64,000 nucleotides of DNA, taken from assembly GCA_013178155.1 (NCBI GenBank), contig JABLXH010000002.1:116523-180522 (forward strand). Reading direction: 5' to 3'. The notes beneath the pieces were generated by a model. It did not search any database. It was not told where the DNA came from and worked only from the letters and a program-made list of their open reading frames with translations. Each line of letters opens with the position of its first letter. Position 1 is the stretch's first letter. The position numbers and the translations under genes were made by a program. Shown one piece after another: positions 9,887 through 18,057 of the stretch. Source of the DNA: Armatimonadota bacterium. Its GTDB lineage: Bacteria; Armatimonadota; Zipacnadia; Zipacnadales; UBA11051.

Positions 9887-9916
9887 TTGACAAAGTATTA
9901 TTATGGGTAGTACTAT
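9887..9916 (+). promoter_or_regulatory. Near-consensus promoter TTGACA-N18-TACTAT for paralog P1 (AT-rich island)
   Basis: TTGACA 9887-9892, TACTAT 9911-9916, spacer contains TTATTAT. Same architecture as 10623-10652. Confidence 0.5.
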
Positions 9917-9956
9917 CATTAGTAGTTAAATCACTGCCGGAAGGGAGAGCGCCACG

Positions 9957-10586
9957 ATGAAAGCCCTGCACTGGTCCAGCGCCTTAGCCGTCACAATGGT
10001 AGCTTGCCTCACGCCGGTCGGGGCAGATGATGACCGCTCACGTCGGACCATCACCTCGCCCCCTACCGGCAACGTCTCCGGTCTGTCGCCACAGTCTTAC
10101 CTCTACGACCGTGGTCGCGGCCCTGCATACAGCGACCGACCCGGGCATGGCCCTGCGCCAGCCTACCATCCTCCCCACCATGTCTCGCCTCCCGCGAGAG
10201 GGCCGCACTGGAGCCAGCCAGTGTTGCCACCCGGTCTCCACTACTCGCCGACGCGTGGGATCACGCCAGACTTCCTCGGCTCGGTCATCGTGGCCTGCGA
10301 CGACACGTTCCTGGGGGTCGTTGACCGCAAGTACTGGGAGCCTGACTCGATCTGCAATCCCGACGGCCGCTACGGCGACCCACGGTCTCCGTACTCGATC
10401 TGGAATCCGGACGGACGGTGGGGGACCAAGTGGGGGTATGACAGCCCCTGGAACCCCAACGCCACGTGCCCGCCCAAGGTCTACTTCGGCAACTACTTCT
10501 GGGGCTACCTGTCCACCAATCGGTCGCTGCAGCCCCGGATCAACCCTTACTGGTTGGTGGAGCATCTGGAGAAGAAACTGCGCTGA
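9957..10586 (+). CDS. Secreted protein, paralog P1 (signal peptide + Pro/His-rich linker + conserved NPDGRYG-repeat C-terminal domain)
   Basis: GGAAGGGAG RBS 9 nt upstream; signal peptide MKALHWSSALAVTMVACLTPVGA; C-terminal FLGVVD...SICNPDGRYGDPRSPYSIWNPDGRWG...PYWL aligns with the P2 C-terminus. Confidence 0.7.
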   Translation: MKALHWSSALAVTMVACLTPVGADDDRSRRTITSPPTGNVSGLSPQSYLYDRGRGPAYSDRPGHGPAPAYHPPHHVSPPARGPHWSQPVLPPGLHYSPTRGITPDFLGSVIVACDDTFLGVVDRKYWEPDSICNPDGRYGDPRSPYSIWNPDGRWGTKWGYDSPWNPNATCPPKVYFGNYFWGYLSTNRSLQPRINPYWLVEHLEKKLR

Positions 10587-10622
10587 AAGAGGGCGACGAC
10601 TGACAGACGGTGTAGATATGCC

Positions 10623-10652
10623 TTGACAGCTTATTATCTCAAGTAGTACTAT
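10623..10652 (+). promoter_or_regulatory. Near-consensus promoter TTGACA-N18-TACTAT for paralog P2 (AT-rich island)
   Basis: TTGACA 10623-10628, TACTAT 10647-10652, spacer contains TTATTAT. Identical geometry to the P1 promoter. Confidence 0.5.
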
Positions 10653-10710
10653 TCAGAATAGTAAAACAGACGGGAAGACGTGACAGCCCCGCTGAGAAGG
10701 GGTGAGACCG

Positions 10711-12108
10711 ATGAAAACCTGGTGCCGCAGAGTGCTGGTATTGGCGGTGGCGGCCCTGGTACTGGCGCCTGTGCTCGGCGATGGCGGCAACCGCCGTCGC
10801 ACGGTGACCTCACCGCCTCAGAAAGCGAGCAGCGTATCCAAGTCCGAGGCAACGAAGGCGGCGCCCCGCAGCACGACCGAACGTCGCAGTGAGAACAGCC
10901 ATGCGCGGCCCCGGGCAGCTTCACCAGGCCTGTCCGTCCGGACCCATGCGCCGGCGGCGCCGTCCGTGAGCCCTGGGCCCGGTCGTTCCCTGGCTGGTTC
11001 CCGAGCCCCCGCTGGTGTGCAGCGAACAGCCATACCAGGTCAGCAATCCGACCGACGCGGGGTGAGCGTCTCCTCTCGCTCGCCCATGACCCGGCGCTCA
11101 CTATCCCCAACGCCAAGCACCCGTCCGGTCGCGCCGGCCACGTTGACCACGCCACACATTGCCCGGCGCGACGGCAGCCCTCCGACCAGCGACGCCCTGC
11201 GCAGACCCCCGACCACGTCCCGAGGGCCGATGACCCGGCCCAGTCCAAGACCATCGGCGACATCTCCGACCGAGCCGACCTCACGCCCGGCGCCGTCAGT
11301 GAGCCCTCACAACCCGAGTGCCTCTCACGAGGCGACGTTTGGCCGCCCGCCCGGCCCGCCACGGACCGACGTTCGGCCGGGTAGTGGACCAAGCGGAGAC
11401 AGGCACGACGCAGACCGCGGGACTCGCAACCGAAGAGACGGTGACGGTCCCGGTGAACGCCCCGCACACGACCGCGATCCTGGTCAGCCCCACCGCCCGT
11501 CCTTTGACCGCGATGAGCGGCGACCGGATTACCATTGGAGTGACCGGCACGATGGCCTCGGTCGCGATTGCCGCCACCGGCACCGGCCGCACCACCGCGT
11601 TCCTGTCTGCCGGCCCGTGCCGGTACCCGTCTACATCCCGTGGCCGCGGCCTGTCTGGTACCCGCCGCCTCTGCCGGATGTGGTCGTCGTGACCGAGCGC
11701 GTCGAGGTGCCGGTGCCTTACCCGGTGCCAGAGCCAGCGCCTCTGCCCCCGCCCTATGCGCCGCCGCCTCCGCCCGATGGCGACTGGCCTGTCCTTGGGG
11801 CCGAGATCTGGGCCGCTGACGGCACCTTCCTCGGCGTCATCAGCCTCGACACCACGGACCCCCACTCGATCAGTAACCCCGAGGGCCGCTTTGGCCACCC
11901 CGAGTCGCCGGAGAGCATCTGGAACTACGAGGGTCGCTTCGGCAGCCTGGACTACGACCTCAGCCCGTGGTGTGAGACAGCAACACGCCCGCCGCAGCTC
12001 ATCCTGGACGGACGCTTCCGGGGCTATCTGACGGCCAATGAGCACGTGTTCCCCCGGGTTGATCCGTACTGGCTCGGACAGTACCTTGGCCTGATCGCCG
12101 ACAGCTAG
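10711..12108 (+). CDS. Secreted protein, paralog P2 (signal peptide + about 300-aa disordered Ser/Pro/Arg/His/Asp-rich region + conserved NPEGRFG-repeat C-terminal domain)
   Basis: AAGGGGTGA RBS before ATG 10711; signal MKTWCRRVLVLAVAALVLAPVLG; post-signal RRTVTSPP shared with P1 (RRTITSPP); C-terminal FLGVIS...SISNPEGRFGHPESPESIWNYEGRFG...PYWL. Confidence 0.7.
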   Translation: MKTWCRRVLVLAVAALVLAPVLGDGGNRRRTVTSPPQKASSVSKSEATKAAPRSTTERRSENSHARPRAASPGLSVRTHAPAAPSVSPGPGRSLAGSRAPAGVQRTAIPGQQSDRRGVSVSSRSPMTRRSLSPTPSTRPVAPATLTTPHIARRDGSPPTSDALRRPPTTSRGPMTRPSPRPSATSPTEPTSRPAPSVSPHNPSASHEATFGRPPGPPRTDVRPGSGPSGDRHDADRGTRNRRDGDGPGERPAHDRDPGQPHRPSFDRDERRPDYHWSDRHDGLGRDCRHRHRPHHRVPVCRPVPVPVYIPWPRPVWYPPPLPDVVVVTERVEVPVPYPVPEPAPLPPPYAPPPPPDGDWPVLGAEIWAADGTFLGVISLDTTDPHSISNPEGRFGHPESPESIWNYEGRFGSLDYDLSPWCETATRPPQLILDGRFRGYLTANEHVFPRVDPYWLGQYLGLIADS

Positions 12109-12135
12109 GAGTCCTCACCGCTATCGGCACCACCC

Positions 12136-12170
12136 GTGAGCCGCCCTCGAGGCGGCTCACTTGCTGTGTG
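12136..12170 (+). terminator. Rho-independent-terminator-like hairpin after P2
   Basis: 10-bp perfect stem GTGAGCCGCC/GGCGGCTCAC with a 5-nt loop, followed by TTGCTGTGTG. Confidence 0.5.
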
Positions 12171-12257
12171 ACGGGGGTTGCGTGTTCAGGCTGAGACGAT
12201 AAACTAAGGGCTGAAGTTTGCCGCTGCCGCTCCAACGCCACAGAAGAGAAGGTCAAC

Positions 12258-13415
12258 GTGAGGAATACATTCCTGCCATTCTGTCCGCCCCAGATCGGGG
12301 AAGAGGAGATCGCTGAGGTCGTGGACGCACTGCGCTCGGGGTGGATCACTACGGGCCCGCGGACGCAGCAGTTCGAGACCGACTTCAAGGACTACGTGGG
12401 CGCTCCGGCGGCTCTCGCCGTGAGTTCAGGCACCGCGGCGCTGCACCTGGCCCTGGCAACGCTGCCTGTTGGCCCTGGCGATGAGGTCATCACGACGGCG
12501 CATACCTTCGTTGCCACGGTCAACGCCATCGAGCACACCGGCGCAACTCCCGTCCTGGTGGACGTGGAGCCTGACACCCTGAACATGGACCCGGACCTGG
12601 TCGCTGCGGCTGTGACGCCAAGGACCCGGGCCATCGTGCCGGTGCACTACGCCGGACATCCGGTGGACATGGACCCGCTGTACGCTCTCGCCCAACACCA
12701 CGGCCTGAGCATTGTGGAGGACGCCGCCCATGCGGTCAGTGCCACCTACCGCGACCGGCGCATCGGCGACTGCGACAACCCGGTAGCCTGGAGCTTCTAT
12801 GCCACCAAGAACATGACTACGGCCGAGGGAGGTATGGTAACCGGGCCGCTCGAGTTCATCGAGCGTGCGCGGATTGCCAGCCTGCACGGGATGAGCAAGG
12901 ACGCCTGGAAACGCTTTGGCAAGGGCGGAAGCTGGTACTGGGAAGTTGTCACGGCCGGCTTCAAGTACAACATGCCCGATGTCCTGGCGGCTATTGGCCT
13001 CTGCCAGTTGCGCAAGCTGCAAGGCTTTCAACAGCGCCGCGCCGCGATCGTGGCGGCCTACAACTCGGCTTTCGCGGGCCAGGAGGCACTGGAGTTGCCA
13101 GTGACCCGACCGGACGTCGGCAGCGCCTGGCACCTGTATGTTCTGCGTCTGAACCTCGAGTGCCTCACCATCGGGCGCGACCAGTTCGTGCAAGAGCTCA
13201 TCGCCCGCAACATCGGCGTGTCGGTCCACTGGCCCCCGGTCCACATTCAGCCCTACTATGCGGCCAAGTACGGCTACCAGCCCCTCGACTTCCCGGTCTG
13301 CTATCGCAACTATGAGCGTATGCTGAGCCTGCCACTCCACGCCGGCCTGACCGACCAGGACGTGGCTGACGTGATTGACGCCGTGCGAGACGTCATCAAC
13401 AAGTTCCGGCGCTGA
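12258..13415 (+). CDS. DegT/DnrJ/EryC1/StrS family aminotransferase
   Basis: LPFCPPQIGEEEI...SGW N-terminus, SSGTAALHLAL, GDEVITTAHTF, and the FYATKNMTTAEGG lysine motif. Confidence 0.85.
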   Translation: MRNTFLPFCPPQIGEEEIAEVVDALRSGWITTGPRTQQFETDFKDYVGAPAALAVSSGTAALHLALATLPVGPGDEVITTAHTFVATVNAIEHTGATPVLVDVEPDTLNMDPDLVAAAVTPRTRAIVPVHYAGHPVDMDPLYALAQHHGLSIVEDAAHAVSATYRDRRIGDCDNPVAWSFYATKNMTTAEGGMVTGPLEFIERARIASLHGMSKDAWKRFGKGGSWYWEVVTAGFKYNMPDVLAAIGLCQLRKLQGFQQRRAAIVAAYNSAFAGQEALELPVTRPDVGSAWHLYVLRLNLECLTIGRDQFVQELIARNIGVSVHWPPVHIQPYYAAKYGYQPLDFPVCYRNYERMLSLPLHAGLTDQDVADVIDAVRDVINKFRR

Positions 13416-13450
13416 GAGCTTTCGCTGGGTGCGCCGGGGGAGGGACCACC

Positions 13451-14425
13451 ATGGGGGTCAACCTGAACCTTGGGGGAGTCAGCGTAGGCGCCGGCCGGGG
13501 CATCAGTAGTGGCTGTGGCTCGGTCTTTGGCGTGTTCCTTGGTCTCTTCCTCGTCCCTGCGGCGTTTTACATGGTCTTCTACGGAGAGAAGCGCCTGGTC
13601 AATCACGGGGTGGTCTTTGAGCGGACAGCGCTCACCAGTCCCGAAACCGCTGCCACGCAGAAGGGCGGGCTGGCAAAGGTCAAGGGCAGACCTGCTGGCC
13701 AGTTCGTCGAGGCCCCGCGCTACCCCAAAGCCAAGGTTCTGTACTGGCGCACCAACGTCGAAGAGTACAAAGAGGAGCGCGACTCCGACGGTGAGATCGA
13801 ACGGGACTGGGAGAGCGTGGGCGGCGAGAAGCGGTGGGTACCCTTCACGCTGGGTCCCCTTAAGGTGGATCCGCAGAAGGCCAACCCCGTCGGCGAAGTC
13901 ACGGTCTACAAGGGCTACAAGCCGCGGGGCGCCAGTGAGTTTGACCCGGAACGCTGGGATAGGAGTCCTCAGGTCGGGGATCAGCGCATGACCGTTGAGG
14001 TGCTGCCGACGGACAAAGAATACCTGGTGCTTGGTGAGGTTACCAACGGCGCCATAGCGGGCGGCTCGAGCTTCGTGGTCAGCGCGCTGGACGAGGCCGG
14101 GACAATAGCTGCGCTGAAGCTCGAGTACAAGATCGCGTACTGGCTGATCAAGGGCGGAGCTGTGGTGGCGATGTGGCTTGGCCTCATGGCGATCTTCGGT
14201 CCCCTGATGGCTCTCGTCGGCTGGATTCCCCTCATTGGTGAGCGCCTCACCGGCCTGGTGGCCCTGGGCGCTCTGGCCTTCTCCGTGGTCACCGTGGCGC
14301 TCCTGACCCTGCTGTTCAAGCTCTTTTGGCTCATCGCCCTGGTGGGGGGACTGGCGATCGCTGTTCTCATCGTCCGCGGTATCACCACGCCAAGGCATCG
14401 GCCAGGGACGGCACCCGCGTCCTGA
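13451..14425 (+). CDS. TMEM43-like (DUF1625) membrane protein
   Basis: One N-terminal TM, about 190-aa soluble loop, three C-terminal TMs. Topology and length match the TMEM43 family; by-eye call. Confidence 0.45.
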   Translation: MGVNLNLGGVSVGAGRGISSGCGSVFGVFLGLFLVPAAFYMVFYGEKRLVNHGVVFERTALTSPETAATQKGGLAKVKGRPAGQFVEAPRYPKAKVLYWRTNVEEYKEERDSDGEIERDWESVGGEKRWVPFTLGPLKVDPQKANPVGEVTVYKGYKPRGASEFDPERWDRSPQVGDQRMTVEVLPTDKEYLVLGEVTNGAIAGGSSFVVSALDEAGTIAALKLEYKIAYWLIKGGAVVAMWLGLMAIFGPLMALVGWIPLIGERLTGLVALGALAFSVVTVALLTLLFKLFWLIALVGGLAIAVLIVRGITTPRHRPGTAPAS

Positions 14426-14647
14426 TTGGCCGGCTGCGGCTCGTCGTTCCCACGCGCCAGCGCAGGCTTGAGCGACCGCTGAGAACACCAGCGGTTCGCC
14501 AGCCTGGCACTTCCCATTCTTAAGGGCGTCTTGAGACGTCGGTCGGCTGTTCTTGATGGGGCGTACATAAGATAGCCTTGGGGGACGCACCAGTTCGCCA
14601 TGATGATCCATCGCACCAGCGTCTGGACGCCGTAAGGGGAACACACC

Positions 14648-16930
14648 ATGCCAGATAACTCATCATGGAGCCGTGAAGGGGCGCGCCTGCTGGTTCAAGA
14701 GCACCGCATCAGGCTCGTGGTAGTGGTGGTCCTGGCCACCTTTGTGGTGCTCGCCCGGCACTCACTTACCCATCCCTACGCTGCCCAGTTGTCAGTCCTG
14801 CTGATGCTCGGCGCGCTCCTCCTGGCGCGGTTCGGCGTACGCGAGGGACGAAGGAGCAGGTGGCGTCTGGGGTTCCACTTTGGGGCTGTCGCCCTGGCGG
14901 TCCTCGACCTGGCCGCCGTCACCTCTCTGCTGGTGGGAACGGGTGGGGCTGACAGCGGTTTCTTCTCCCTCTATCTGATCAGCCTAATCTTTGCCGCGAT
15001 CTTCTTCCACGGTCTCGAACTCGCCCTGCTAACCGCACTGGCTGCCGCGCTCTACGTTGGCGTGTCATGGAATACCCTCATCACGCCGGAGCAGATCTGG
15101 CACTCCATCGCTCGGCTTGTCGGACTGGGTGTAGTCTCCTGGTACGCCTATGCGCTCTCGGACGTGATCCGGCGCGAGCAGGAGGCCAGAGACCAGCTCC
15201 TGCGGCACCTCACCGAGGGGGTGCTCGTGTTCGACCGCGAGGAGCACCTGGTCCTGGTCAATGGGCCCATGTTGCGTCTCCTGCCTGGAAGGACCGAAGA
15301 GAGCCTGATTGGCACCGACCGGGCATCACTTGCGGCCGTCGGTGGATTCCTTGGGTGGCTGGTAGCCGACGTCGCCAGCGGGGCAGCAGCAAGCGACAGC
15401 TCCACGCGCGTCGGCTCCTTCCCCGAGGCAGGCCTGCCTCTTGTGGAGTGCGTGACTATCGCCTGCCGTGGTGACCGCAAGCAAGACGGTTGGGTGGTGG
15501 TGTGCAAGGATCTCCAGTCACAGACCGTTGAGACCCGTTCGCCCCGCAATCAGACCATCGAGAAGCTCTCGCCGCTGTCCAACCTCCGCGCCCTGACGCA
15601 GTCGCTGTATAGCATGGCGGGCTATATCGAGGAGCCCAAGCGGGCGCAGGCCATCGAGGCCATACAGCGCCACACCAAGGCCTTGCAGGGCGTCCTTGCC
15701 AATATGCTCCACGACTCCTATGAGGCTCCCGCCGAGGGCGGCAACCTGGATCTGACCTTTGTGGAAGTGCCCAGTCTCCTGCAGGGCATGCGCCGCCTGC
15801 TCCAGATTGCCCAGGGACCCCGTGAGGTGCCCGTAGACGTCATCATGTCCGAGCAGTTGCCGAACCTGAGTGTGGATCGAGCTGCTGTCAGTCAGTCGCT
15901 GCTGCACTTGTCCAAGGGGCTGGTGGCACTGGCCGGACATGACGATCGCCTGGTGATAGACGTACGGACCGTGGACGACTACGTTCGCTTTGCGCTCCAG
16001 CTCACCAGCGACAATGAACCGCTGGAGAGCGACATGGACGGGCAAGCCATGTCGGGCGCCGAGGCGGCCGAGGCCTTTGAAGGGACCGAGGCCTTCCGGA
16101 TCATCGAGGACCATGGCGGCCGCTGGGAGTGTGTCCCTCAGAATGGGCGCGTGCGCCGCGTAGTGGTTGAGCTGCCAATCGAGGGTCCGCCGAAGACGCA
16201 CCAGGTCGATCCCGCCGAGCAAGCGGCCACGCACCGTGAACTGTCGGAGATCGCTGCTACCAGTCTTCAACTGAACCCGGTACTGGCGGCGGAGGTCTCC
16301 AACCAACTGAAGAACTCGCTGAACGTCATCCGGGGCTACGCCGAGATGGCGCTGAAGAGCCAAAGCGAGGAACGTCGTGAGCGGGCCTTGGAGTTGGCTG
16401 TCAGTCTCAGCGACCAGGCCGCTGAGCTTGTTGATTCTCTGCAGCCGTCCGGTGGTCACTTCCCGCACGAGGAGGCTGCGGAGAGCACCCGTGAGAGACT
16501 TGCGGCGACCGCGCCGGAGAAAGCCGCGGTCGCAGCCGCAGGCACGATCCTGGTCGTGGACGACGACCCCTTCATGCGACAACTGCTGATCGATACACTG
16601 GAGGATGCCGGCTACACCACTGCCGGGGCCGATGACGGCATAAAGGCCCTGGACTACATCCGAAGCACCCCTCCCGCCATCCTGTTTGTGGACCTGTCCA
16701 TGCCAGGCCTGAGTGGGGTGGATGTGATGCGCGAGGTCCGGCAAAGAGTGCCCGACCTGCCGGTCGTCCTCATGACAGGCTACACCTACAACCTGGCCAT
16801 GCAGGCGCTCGGCGAGGAGAAGCCCTATGCCGTCATCGGCAAGCCCTTCTCCATCAACGAGGTGCTGGCCATCGTCAATGAGCTAGTCGGATCTCGCCAA
16901 CCCGCGGCCCGGAGCAAGACACCAGCCTGA
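14648..16930 (+). CDS. Membrane sensor with degenerate histidine-kinase core and intact C-terminal response-regulator receiver domain
   Basis: 4-5 N-terminal TMs. HisKA-like helices without His (SPLSNLRALTQSL; NQLKNSLNVIRGYAEMAL). Partial HATPase_c (FRIIEDHGGRWECVP). REC domain with ILVVDDDPFMR, FVDLSMPGLSG and GKP. Confidence 0.7.
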   Translation: MPDNSSWSREGARLLVQEHRIRLVVVVVLATFVVLARHSLTHPYAAQLSVLLMLGALLLARFGVREGRRSRWRLGFHFGAVALAVLDLAAVTSLLVGTGGADSGFFSLYLISLIFAAIFFHGLELALLTALAAALYVGVSWNTLITPEQIWHSIARLVGLGVVSWYAYALSDVIRREQEARDQLLRHLTEGVLVFDREEHLVLVNGPMLRLLPGRTEESLIGTDRASLAAVGGFLGWLVADVASGAAASDSSTRVGSFPEAGLPLVECVTIACRGDRKQDGWVVVCKDLQSQTVETRSPRNQTIEKLSPLSNLRALTQSLYSMAGYIEEPKRAQAIEAIQRHTKALQGVLANMLHDSYEAPAEGGNLDLTFVEVPSLLQGMRRLLQIAQGPREVPVDVIMSEQLPNLSVDRAAVSQSLLHLSKGLVALAGHDDRLVIDVRTVDDYVRFALQLTSDNEPLESDMDGQAMSGAEAAEAFEGTEAFRIIEDHGGRWECVPQNGRVRRVVVELPIEGPPKTHQVDPAEQAATHRELSEIAATSLQLNPVLAAEVSNQLKNSLNVIRGYAEMALKSQSEERRERALELAVSLSDQAAELVDSLQPSGGHFPHEEAAESTRERLAATAPEKAAVAAAGTILVVDDDPFMRQLLIDTLEDAGYTTAGADDGIKALDYIRSTPPAILFVDLSMPGLSGVDVMREVRQRVPDLPVVLMTGYTYNLAMQALGEEKPYAVIGKPFSINEVLAIVNELVGSRQPAARSKTPA

Positions 16931-16953
16931 CCGCGCGCCGCCCCTACGGGCAG

Positions 16954-17970
16954 GTGGCAGTGCTGTTCCGCAATGGCGCGGGACTGAACTTCATCGCCGT
17001 TGCCGGCCGAGGCCTGGACATCACTTCGGCCGAGTACTGCGGCCAGTCGCTGTGCTGGCGGTCACAGACCGGCGACACTGCGGCGGCGTACTTCGAGCCC
17101 GATGGCCTGGGCTGGCTGCGCGGCTTCTTTGGTGGCCTGGTTGCCACCTGCGGCATGACCTACGCTGGCGCTCCTCACGTTGACCCCGATACCGACGAGG
17201 GCGAGCCACACTGGGACCCGGAGCAGGGCAAGTGGCTCAGCACCGGCAGCATGGGTCTGCATGGGCGCGTCAACAACACACCCGCGAAGAATCTCTATGT
17301 GGATGGCGCGTGGGAGGGCGATGACTACGTCTTCTGGGCCCAGGGGAAGATGCGGGAGGGCAAGGTGTTTGGCCCCAACATTCTGCTCACCCGCAGGATC
17401 ACGGGGAAGCTCGGGGTCAACAAGATCTGGTTCCACGACGTGGTCACCAACGAGGGCCATAAGCCCCAGGAGCACATGTTCCTGTACCACGTCAATCTGG
17501 GCTTTCCGCTGATCCAGGCCAACTCTCGGTACCTGGTCAACAGTCGCGAGAGCCGCCCCCGCGATGCCGCCGCTGCGCCGCACTTCGATACCTGGGCTGA
17601 GTTCCCTGGGCCGACGCCCGACCAGGTCGAGTGGGTCTACTATCACGACCTGGCAACCGCCGCCGATGGCACCACCATGGTCGGCTTCGCCAACTCCGTT
17701 CAGGAAGGCGGGGCGATGGGGCTGTACCTGAAGTATGACAAGGGCGCTCTGCCGTACTTCATCGAATGGAAGATGCCCGCCGAGGGCACCTACGTCACCG
17801 GCCTGGAGCCCGCCAACTGCCTGGTCGAGGGCCGCGTGAAAGACCGCCAGGAGGGCCGGTTGGAAGTGCTCAAGCCCGGCCAGGAGAAGGTCTACGACCT
17901 GGAGATCGGCGTCCTGACAACGGCCGAGGAAGTCGCGGCCGTCGAGGATGAGATCAACGCGATGAAGTAG
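16954..17970 (+). CDS. DUF4432-like protein (possible galactose-mutarotase-like fold)
   Basis: 338 aa, no signal peptide, follows the sensor gene 23 bp downstream. Family call by eye; start may be further upstream (GTG 16951). Confidence 0.45.
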   Translation: MAVLFRNGAGLNFIAVAGRGLDITSAEYCGQSLCWRSQTGDTAAAYFEPDGLGWLRGFFGGLVATCGMTYAGAPHVDPDTDEGEPHWDPEQGKWLSTGSMGLHGRVNNTPAKNLYVDGAWEGDDYVFWAQGKMREGKVFGPNILLTRRITGKLGVNKIWFHDVVTNEGHKPQEHMFLYHVNLGFPLIQANSRYLVNSRESRPRDAAAAPHFDTWAEFPGPTPDQVEWVYYHDLATAADGTTMVGFANSVQEGGAMGLYLKYDKGALPYFIEWKMPAEGTYVTGLEPANCLVEGRVKDRQEGRLEVLKPGQEKVYDLEIGVLTTAEEVAAVEDEINAMK

Positions 17971-17992
17971 GGCAGACTGGGTACGCAGGCGG

Positions 17993-18020
17993 TAGGAGCG
18001 GTCTGGTGACCGCTCCTACC
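17993..18020 (+). terminator. 11-bp perfect hairpin (GTAGGAGCGGT-ctggtg-ACCGCTCCTAC) between the DUF4432 gene and the GH gene
   Basis: Directly read. No U-tract, so it may be an attenuator or processing structure rather than an intrinsic terminator. Confidence 0.25.
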
Positions 18021-18057
18021 GGGACAGCCCCAACCCCGAGCCGCTTGGAGCCCAACC

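Noticed and set aside
10702-10710. Upstream ATG (MRPMKTW) as start of paralog P2
   Set aside because: The AAGGGGTGA RBS is optimally spaced for ATG 10711. Starting at 10702 leaves no RBS spacing. Either choice gives the same signal peptide.
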